A stretch of 64,000 bases of DNA from Balanoglossus misakiensis (lineage: Eukaryota > Animalia > Hemichordata): contig CM082580.2 in NCBI GenBank assembly GCA_040954595.2, forward strand, positions 14,522,389 through 14,586,388, in the 5' to 3' direction. Position 1 is the stretch's first letter, and the number at the start of each line of letters is the position of its first letter. Made by a program: the position numbers and the translations under genes. This document shows positions 54,227-64,000 of the stretch, piece by piece. Under the pieces are notes generated by a model. That model ran no database searches. It saw only the letters and a program-made list of their open reading frames with translations, and was not told the origin of the DNA.

Positions 54227-56560
54227 ATGGCCAAGTCCTGGCTGTTTACGCTCACATTGGTGTCGGTCGCCCTGTTTGGAAATGCGACAGCAGAAAAGGT
54301 AGGTCCCTATTTCATCTAGTTAAATAGTTAACCGAGATATTAATCCAGATAACATCTGCACCTGAAAATATTTGCACCGTTTACACTGAACCTAATCTTA
54401 TTGCTAGCAAATGCAATATGAAATATGTTTAGACGTGTTCACGAATTTTTATTCCCGCGATAACTCTAGGATTTTCTTTCAGTTACCTGCTTCATTATCA
54501 ACGTCACGGTCGACAACAAAGGCGTGATATTGTTCGCGATGCTGCTTGATATCGTTCGGGATTTGCTTTGATAAGACCTTTTGTTGATCAGTTACTAGTC
54601 TTGTTTGATTGTCAATCGGTGTGATTTAACGAGTTTACTCCCTGGGTTTGTCTGTTATCTGGCCCTGAGTTGTGTATTCAGTGTGTATAAAGGTAAATGA
54701 GTCTCGAATGGGAACTGTCTAAGAGCATACAACTGTAAACCATAGAAGTATATGATTTTTTCCCTTATCATAATTTTACCTGTTGCCATTCCTTTCACTG
54801 GGTCAATGCTCGTATTTTGCTTTTATCTCCATTTTTTAAATCATAAAACTGCTCTAAATTGTTTATCGAATTATCTTCAGCCATTTTACTTCCCTACAAA
54901 CCGAACTAGTACTTTTCTTAAAGGTGTTGTTGGGGTTAAGACTCTAAATGTATTTCAGTCACGACTCTTCGCGTGTGACCATCTTGAAATGTCTTCAATG
55001 TTACAGACTGGTGTCTACACGCCACTCAATCTGGCAATTCGGCGGCAGACAAATTATCAGCACGGTATTGTTTGAATACTAAGAATCGTGCTTTGACACT
55101 ATCTGCAAAGACATATTGGAACGGCCACTTGAACATCGGGAAACTACTTATATGAAATACTCCTTGACATCTGACGCAGATTGAGAACATCTGTCAGATT
55201 AAAATCAGGCGTCTGTATTATGACTTATACTTGTATTGGTTTCGAGTAAATAGAGAAAGATATCAATTGTAACTTTGTGTTTATATTTTTCTCACATTTT
55301 CCAGGATTCTGTTCAAGTTAGTACACCAAAAGTGCACATCGAATGTTCATTCGCCTTGTAAGTATTTTAATAAAATGATCTCAGACAAGGTGATCAATAA
55401 TAACTTCCATGTGTATTGAGATCCTCGGGGAAACTGTCAATTTGTCTACGGTGGTGACGACAATGTATTTATTTTTAAAAACAAAACGGTCATATTTGAC
55501 TACCGATGACAATTCATCGATTCATCTATACATTACTGCAGAAGAACGGCCGCGACAACATTTATCATAAGAGCCGGGTGTAAGGTGATCCAATTTTTAT
55601 CTTTTGCGGTGATTCCATTTCACGAACCCAACTAATTCTTAATTCAAACTTTCAGCTGTGGCCATGACGAATACTGCTGCGGCGAACAGAAGTGTTGCAA
55701 ATATCAGTGTACGGGGCTCGGGTGAGTTTCCACAAATAACATAATAAGTCGGCCTTGTGTTCTGTCGCGTTTTGATTGCACTCATTGCGATTATCAGACA
55801 TAAGTTGAACGTTTTATTCATGTCAGCATATCTTCCTGAAAACTATATATTTAATGTCCACAGACGCTGTCTTGACGAAGTGGAATTCTGTTGTGGACAC
55901 AATGAATGTTGCCCACACGAATGTGATAATGTCGAGTAAGTGATCATATTGAAAACAAACCAACAGTCACTTTTCTGTCGATGATGGTTTCATTAAATTA
56001 TATTTTTAGCAAATAACCTGAAGCCGAACTGATTATCTGGTGCAAATGTCGATGTTGGTGGCGGCAGCGAGTGTGGTGGTATGAGATTGCCAAAAGTAGG
56101 CCAAAGGATATTATTTAACACTTTGAGATCAGGTTTTGCCCCCTTTAACTTTAGCCCATTCCCTTGTACGACAGGTGTCGTGAAAACCAATTCTGTTGCG
56201 GCCAAGATCGGTGTTGTAATTTCGACGAAATTTATCATCAATGGTGGTTCTGGTAAGTAAAGTGTGATTTTTTTAAAATTTAAAATGAAAAATTAAACGT
56301 CTTATATCTTTCGAAAATCCACATTTTGGCACCCGTGTCCCACATGTGCACGGTTTGTGCAACGTATGACTAGAAGTGAACTTTATAATTTGTTTGTTTT
56401 CCGCAGGTTAAGCATTGTATTCATCCTGACATTGGTCGTCGGATCGATGATAATTTTCGCTTACTGCGAACGAACGAGGAAAACGCCTCGCGTCTTCCAT
56501 CTCAAGAATATATCACGGGCCCCATCGAAAGGATACGCTAAGCTGGATGAAGAGATGTAG
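54227..56560 (+). CDS. VOPP1/WBP1/Shisa-like single-pass membrane protein, gene D, with a duplicated Cys module (~142 aa)
   Basis: Exons 54227-54298 (MAKSWLFTLTLVSVALFGNATAEK), 55305-55357, 55864-55935 (RCLDEVEFCCGHNECCPHECDNVE), 56175-56252 (CRENQFCCGQDRCCNFDEIYHQWWFW), 56407-56560 (TM, tail ending GYAKLDEEM*). 429 nt in frame. Confidence 0.85.
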
Positions 56561-56735
56561 TGTCCCGTGAAAACAGACATTCAAATTTAGGCCCACGCCG
56601 TGGACTATACGTCATATATATGTACTGATACAGTCATTTTTAGTGCGTTTTGCAGGGTTATTTTCCAAAACAAACTAACTAGGTCGAAGCTAAGTGACTG
56701 AAGCGTGACACTTTACGGGAAAAAAATGATATTAA

Positions 56736-56920
56736 AGGTATACAGTCAACTTTAATTTACCTATGCCCATATATGGCTGAACATGTGTCTGAGTGATTTA
56801 AAGACCACGTGGTGAAGCTCTGTTTTCGCGTGGCCACCCTTTTAAAATCTGTGATTGGCTAAATCTCAACTTTTTTTGTAAATGTGACTAAATTTGCACA
56901 CTGTAGGTGACCTTTTGCCT
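56736..56920. mobile_element. Possible short TTAA-flanked MITE remnant
   Basis: TTAA|AGGTATACAGTCA...TGACCTTTTGCCT|TTAA, imperfect TIR. Confidence 0.35.
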
Positions 56921-58536
56921 TTAAGTTTAGATGTTCGAACATGGCGTCGTAAAATTGTCATGGATTTCTGTATGTTCAAAATTCAGGGTATAATTTTCGT
57001 AATCTAATTTCACTCGTTCTCTAAAACGTGGCAAGATCATTAATTTTGCAGACCACTAAAACAAACAACTCGGAACATGACTCATGTACATTTTGTTCGT
57101 AAATGCATGAAGTGACTGTTACGACTCCAAGATAACGTAGTTTGCTTAGGTTTAACGTTCCGACTGTTTGTAACCGAAATATACTCCGGGATTTCAAGAT
57201 ATATTTCATTTAAACATAATACTCCCTGAATGATGTTCGTTCCCATCAAAAGATTGCAAACAAATAAACGAAAGTTTTATCTTTTCACACTGGTGTGCGT
57301 GTTATCATTCGGTCTTTATCAGTTTATAACGAAAGCCAAAATGTTTCTACGCCCCAAATGCTTACACCGACAATTAGGTTTCCATCAATTCTGTATTGTA
57401 AAGTTTCTCTTTGATGAAAGCTACAGGCAGTAATCTGACGTGATGGACATGACATCCTGCGTAACAGTATATTTGATTCAACCACAACGGTTGTCCCCTC
57501 CTAGGAGCTTCGTGATGATACATGTACCAAGCAAAAAGGATTTCAAGATTTACACGGACACATGATTTAAACCAAATACATTCGGTTCCATGTATTTCGT
57601 TGAAGGTCTAATTTAAGCTAGCAAGCGCCTCGGGGACAGATTTTTCGAAAAATGATAGTCCAGAAAACCTTTCAATGTGTGAGGAGTCTTTTAGAACCCC
57701 AAGAAGACATTGTGCTCGCCGTATTGATTTTAACTTGGGCTGGTCAGACAGCTTGACCGTACAAATTATACCATCATGCATTGCATATAACCTATCCGCG
57801 AAGTGGTCTATGGGGGCGCCCGTCGCGTCGGAGGCCGTAGCTGGTATATTGCTGTTGTCCTCTGCCCAAATCCTGGTTGGGGCGTAAAAACTGCTCAAAT
57901 CCAGGGTAAGGCTGCAGTGGAGAACAAATAATTTGGTAAGTACTGTAGTATAAATATATTATACATGATACACAGTCGCCGGGGAGTACAGCAGGAGCCT
58001 GCAATGCCGTAGAAATAGAGGAAATTTATTACACATGCAATGATGTACATCCCTCCATTACCTGATTACAGTGTATTTGACATCATGTACAATGCAATGC
58101 AGAACTCGCGGCGTGACAACGCATCAACTGTGAGTGATGATGATGATACGAGTACGGCGAGTGTCCGGGAATATGGCTATGCCTGCACTACATTCGCTGG
58201 TTTACTGGGTATTCACGCTTGCCATGTCATTGCCGCCAGGCCCCGACGTGGTCACACAATAAACAAGGAACATGCACTTGTCTGACGATAGGGCCGTGCA
58301 ATAAATTCACCATGTCCCTTTGCCACATGTCATCATTCCGTAGCAGCTGTTCAGTAGCTCGACGTTTTCTGGTTTTGCCGTCTAACACACAAACCAAGGC
58401 AAAACCTCGAGCTACTGAACTGCAGCTAATCATTCCTATGCTATCGCTGCATATCCGGAGGTCAAAAATAATCTAGTGTGTTTGGTCCATTCATGTCAGG
58501 TTCAGATCAGAAGTGGACTTGAATTAGTGATCCATA

Positions 58537-61521
58537 ATGGCTTTGGAAGCCATCAAGTATAGCAGAGGTCATTTGAAAGTGCTGAACCAAAAGCTGTTGC
58601 CATTGGAGACAGAGTACGAAGATGTGAAGACTGCACAGGATGGATGGGAGGCTATTAGACATATGAAGGTAAGGGTCACAGGTTCCTAGCCTATACATGT
58701 AGTGGGTTGCCCTTCTCTCTATGCATGTATACCGGCAACCCCAGGCACCTGTGGTAAGGGTAAGCATTGTGGAATGGACATTTGTAGTCAAGCAAAGTAG
58801 GAGATGTCAATCAGATCTTGTGAAATTGGACATGTGTTCTCTGGACTGTGTTCTTTCCATGCATTTTACTTACATTGTATAAATATGATAAGAAACTGTA
58901 TATGTGTGCATGTACTACAGTTTGCAGTGGATGTAACAGACTTGGACAGAGATTGCAGTGCTTGGTTCTGACATAAGCAAAACTGACTGCTGACCAATTC
59001 AAATCATGGACCTAAGTGCTGTATAAACCTTGTTACAAGTGAAATATGCTTCTTAGTCTGTTTATCAATATATACTTTATTAACACATATCCTGTGAGTG
59101 ACCAGGGTGAAAAATAATGTGAAAACTGTGACGAGAAAAGACAAAGAAAAATATATAGATATTCTATAAATGATTAAGAATTGACAGTCATTGAGAATCA
59201 TAAAATTTAAATATCAAAATGTATGATTTTACAAGTGGTTCATTCATTAACTCTATGTCACATTGTCAGGTCAGAGGAGCACCAGCCATTGCAATCTTGG
59301 GAACACTATCCCTAGCTGTTGAGCTGACCCACAAGCATTTCAACTCCAAAGAAGAACTTCTGAAATTTATTAAAGACAAACTTCAGTATCTGGAGACAGC
59401 TCGTCCAACTGCGGTGAACATGAAGGAAGCATCAGACAGGTTATCTAAACTGACAGAAATGTTGTGCCAACAAACCACAGAGACTGCTGATACTGTTAAA
59501 GAGAGGTAGGTTGGCTGTGGCTGTGGTATCACAGGTTATGTGGGCAAAATTATCAAAGCTAGTTAAAGTGATTTTTATATTTTTTAAGAGTAGCAATAGA
59601 AAAATCAATAGAAAATCATTGAAACCGTGAGATTTCATGTGCAATAGTACAAATACAGAATCTTGCCAATAATAGAAACCAGCACATACATCAAGTCCTC
59701 TCATATTGCCTGGAATGTATCGCCGTTATTTCCCAGTATATGTGTATACTACCTCTGAAACTCTGAAGATTGGTGAGTTTAAACCAACCTTTTGAAATGA
59801 CTTGTAGATAGAAATAAGTAGCTGATTCATTTCATTTTTGACATCTCCAATCCAGGTTGATTGTAGAAGCTGAAGCCATGATGGAAAAAGATGTCTCTGA
59901 TAATAGACGTATGGGGCTGAATGGGGCACAGCATATATTGAAGCATTGTAATGAAGAACATGTGCGTGTGTTGACACACTGTAACACTGGATCACTAGCT
60001 ACTGCAGGCTATGGAACCGCATTAGGTACGTTGTTTGAATAGCCCTTGCCAAATCACTAGCATATGCTTATTAGTGGTCAGTTTGCATCTGATTATGGCC
60101 AAAAATGGGCAGAATTAGGTGTCCATTTTAACACCTGATTTTGGGTTGCCAAGAATTGTCAATGTATTTCAACCAGAAATCATGTGAATTAACTTCAATC
60201 TTGTTACTGTTTCTTCTATTTTCAGGAGTAATACGTGCATTGCATGGACTTAATAGATTAGAGCATGTATATTGTACAGAAACCAGACCTTACAATCAGG
60301 GATCCAGATTGACTGCGTATGAACTGATGCATGACAAAATACCAGCTACCTTGATTGCAGACAGTGCAGTTTCCATGGCATTGAAAGAAAAGAAAATATC
60401 AGGTAATCTGTCCAGTTGTAGAATCCAGGCTATCGTACCTAGGGTGATAAACCAATAAACGTTTTGTTCTGAAGGACAGTTAGCAGAATGCATTGGTTGA
60501 TAGCTATTGTAACACATGACTGAACTCTTCAAAAAAATTTCATGGCCCAGTTTGAGACACCCGTTTATCTTCTTTGTAAACATTACGTTTTCTGAACATG
60601 CAGTAACCACACACACACATACATGCACACATTCTCTGTTAAACATGTCACAGTCACAATGTCATTGTATATTTTATTTTAGTTTACCAATTTTTTTGTC
60701 AAATAAATCCTTTCAGTACACTTCACAAAAACTTACTCCAAATTCATGTTTGTGTTATGGTAGTCGTCATTGTTGGAGCAGACAGAGTGGTTGCCAATGG
60801 TGACACGGCCAACAAAATAGGAACTTTTCAGATTGCTATAGCAGCGAAGTATCTTGGTATACCATTCTACATTGCGGCACCAACCACAACCATCGATCTT
60901 AATCTAAAGAATGGAGATGAGATCATCATTGAAGAGAGACACCACGCAGAAATAACAACTGTCAAAGGCATTAAAATAGCTGCTCCAGGTAATTTTACAA
61001 ACCTTTTGAAATGTCTTCAAAATTCAGTTTTTCTTTCAAACTTCTGAGTCTTCTTGGTAAACTACAGGCATTTCCTACCTGACCCAGCAAAATATCTGAC
61101 ATGATGGCTAATTTGCATGTGTATAACTATTAATGTTAATAAGATTGCATTGTTTTATTGCAGTAAAAAGGTATTTGCCATCTTGCCTTGTGCAAGTGGG
61201 GAGGAATGGATAAGAGTCTGTGCTCGTCACTTCATTTAGGTGGCACTCCATGTTACCTGCACAATTTCTAATCAAAGACAATATGGAACGCCACAAACCA
61301 TACATTTTCCTACAGCTGAGCATCTGCTGCTGTCACACGTCAAAAGAGTGTAATCCTATTCTTTGTATTTTCCAGGCACTGAATGTTGGAACCCAGCCTT
61401 TGATGTCACTCCAAAGGATCTCATCACTGGCGGCATCATCACTGAGTATGGTGTTTTTTCTCCTGCACAACTCAAAGCCAGAGTAGAAGGCTTTGTGGAT
61501 AAGAAACAAAGAATAATCTAA
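58537..61521 (+). CDS. MRI1: Methylthioribose-1-phosphate isomerase, ~361 aa
   Basis: Exons 58537-58668 (MALEAIKY...LNQKLLP), 59270-59505 ([17 protein letters not shown]), 59856-60025 ([19 protein letters not shown]), 60226-60402 ([16 protein letters not shown]), 60764-60988 ([18 protein letters not shown]), 61376-61521 (WNPAFDVTP). 1086 nt in frame. Confidence 0.97.
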
Positions 61522-62908
61522 CAGAATCTAGACATTTTCAACTTACTCATTTCAAACTTCTAGTTGTCTATTTTACCCTGCAATTGCTGGGGAGATTAGG
61601 TCCTTTCTTGAGTTTTCATTTGTTTGAAAATCTCAAAATTCTATCGGCAAGATTATAAGAATCGTATAGGTCAGAATTTAGCCAAGTCTCCTACAAAGCA
61701 GAAGTGGTAAGGATTGTTATTGAAAAAAATTGTTACAGGCCAGGTATGTAAATGTACTGCCAGGTCCGAGATCGGACTATCAAATATTCAGACTGTGCAA
61801 TTGTAATACAAAGTACAAGAGTATTTCAGACATTTCCACATGCCAGCTGAATTGCACTACACAGTCTAAATAAAACTAAACAAACAATGACAGCAGGGCA
61901 ATATTTATGGAGTAACATTTCCATTTATGTCTGCTTGTTCGGTTGTGTATGTGATGGTTTAACTTGATTTTGAATGCAAAATTCTGTTTATGATAAGTTT
62001 TCAAATAAGCTTTAATTTTTGGTGTGAAGGGTTGGATCATAAGTCAGTATGTGAAGTATTATCAAATAATTTTCTCAGTGAAATAATGGACAAGTAATAT
62101 TTTTTTTCTTGGATGTCTTTTGTAAATACAGTAGAAATACAGAACCTGAATGTGGATGATCTACACTGTTTACAGATTCCCGAAGAAACACAATTTTTGT
62201 TCCTTGTCTTTTCGCCTTTATCTTTCCAAAAGTTGTGCAGTTTTGATGGGCTTATAACAGTCTCTGATTTATCACTTATAATTATCTCTTGATCTTTAAA
62301 GAATTTATTTTGACACTGTTTATCAAATAATTGATGGTAACAGTCTACCATATGGTGTAATACTTTGTCTTGATAGTTAATAGAGAAATTATCTGATAAA
62401 AATACTAACATACACAGAATGAGCATAAATGAAATCACTAAATTAGTGTTTTTTGTCTCCTGATTTTGTCTGTCTTTAGTCTTTCTTCTGGTTGTGGCTA
62501 TCCGTCACTCAAAAGTATGGACAACTTTTAGGTGAGATTTTGACACGGACACAAACACCACTGAAACTGATTGTCTGATGAACTGACAAAATAGGTTTCT
62601 ATATCTCCACCATAAAGATGAATGAATCCAGATGCACGTCATGGCAAGCCTGTTCAGTGTCAAGAAATGAAATATTTACAACTAAGTTTATATATAGACC
62701 ATGATTTTAATGATTTATACAATCTACTATTGTCATTTTTAGGAGTACAAAATACTTGTGTGGTATTGCTTTTGGCTCAGACTCGAAAACAAAAAGTGAC
62801 ATTCAGAAACTTCTGAAATGTTCATCCAACAAATATGATTCTACAACACAGACATTAGAGGTAGGCAAAAATCACCTGCAGTTTTGTTTGAGTCTAGTGT
62901 TTCTAAAC

Positions 62909-64000
62909 TCACAATTCAGTTTTCTGTTTCAATTCTGTATCAATTTTGTGGTGCAGTTTGTGATATTTGTTGTATGCCAACAGTGCTGCGTTTCTTCCAC
63001 TGACAGCCACCATTTCCATGGCACTGGCAGCCCACTCAATGCCATTGATGTAATACATTCCATCATGCAGTTCGAATCCTGGCAGCATATCCGGAGGTTC
63101 ATAATGGGGATATGCCAACCAATCCACTACTTTGGTTTCTTTCCGGGATATAAACAGCTCATTCAATTGACTGTCGGTGAGAGGATTGCGTGAGAAGATC
63201 TTCCACACTGCTTTGTGCGTCACCGGCTTTCCTGTCTGGTAGTCCACTGGAAAATTGTGTGCCACACTGTTGATCCCGAACCGGTTGTCTCTGGTTGTTA
63301 GGATTTCAGTTGGACACTCCTTCATGCTGTTGTAACCAAAACCCTTAAAGTTCAGCTCTCCATCGATAAATGTAGCAACGGTTCTGTGAAACGGGGCGGG
63401 GAAATTCGTTATTTCCCTGGGAAAATTTGTGAACTTTATGTCAGACATCCCATCATGCAGTGGTGTAGCAATAATGATGATGTCATACTTTCCTGCCACA
63501 TGAGTGCTGATATTACCATTTTTATCTGGTGGCTCAGCGATGATAAGGTAGTAACCAGATTTTTCTCCCTTGGCCACCTTGATACCAGATACTTTTGATT
63601 TATAGACAGTAGCTTTGGACTTTTCCAGCAGTCTTGAGCAAACTTGTTTATTTCCACCATGTACCGACCATAGACCACCCTGGGCCCCTGCCAACGACAC
63701 CAAACCTGTCAAAAGGCGTAAGTCTGTCAGTTTGATAGAACCGTGAAAAAAGTGGTTTCACACCAATTGACAAGATTGACAACTGGAATATCCTGATGGT
63801 TCCAAAAGAGACGGCAGAGAAATACAATAGTTTCACAGAGACTCGCTGACTGTAACTTCATAAATGGAGAAAATGGGTGGGCGCTTCACTAACCACTGTC
63901 ACAACAATCCCATGAACATTTTTTTCAATGTGTGAAGAATCTTTACCTACCAGCAACAGCTGACATATTAGACTGTTGTCCATAGTTGACCCTGGCCGCA
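62909..64000 (-). CDS. PCYOX1: Prenylcysteine oxidase 1(-like), 3' part; gene continues off-window
   Basis: Partial exon 64000-63951 (AARVNYGQQSNMSAVA) and last exon 63705-62909 (GLVSLAGAQGGLWSVHGGNKQVC, WKIFS, WLAYPHY, YYINGIEWAASAMEM..SGRNAALL, C-terminal KTEL). Confidence 0.93.

Noticed and set aside
57608-58476. Short ORFs upstream of MRI1 (RTPRRHCARRIDF, MMYIPPLPDY...) suggestive of a decayed viral or TE fragment
   Set aside because: Could not be assigned to any family; frames are interrupted.
62909-62923. C-terminal KTEL ER-retention-like signal on PCYOX1
   Set aside because: As I recall, vertebrate PCYOX1 also ends in KTEL, so it is conserved rather than novel.

Overview
Intron-rich, AT-rich animal genomic DNA, most consistent with a non-vertebrate marine bilaterian (inferred, e.g. 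a hemichordate or other ambulacrarian). Exon chains were rebuilt by hand from GT-AG sites and frame phase. In order: the 3' half of a PDF-receptor-like class B GPCR (+); a C1GALT1-like galactosyltransferase (-) with an orphan duplicate of its first coding exon; COMMD3 (+); two complete BMI1/PCGF4-like Polycomb genes head-to-head (-/+); a CHST11-family sulfotransferase (+); a ~0.79-kb tandem repeat; four small VOPP1/WBP1/Shisa-like single-pass Cys-rich membrane-protein genes in two divergent pairs, largely missed by the ORF track; MRI1 (+); and the 3' end of PCYOX1 (-). Several non-autonomous DNA transposons with TIRs and TSDs are present. The most notable features are the COMMD3-BMI1 linkage with an inverted BMI1 duplicate that mirrors Drosophila Psc/Su(z)2, and the four-member receptor/adaptor cluster with a shared ectodomain but different cytoplasmic tails. 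Most listed ORFs are spurious.
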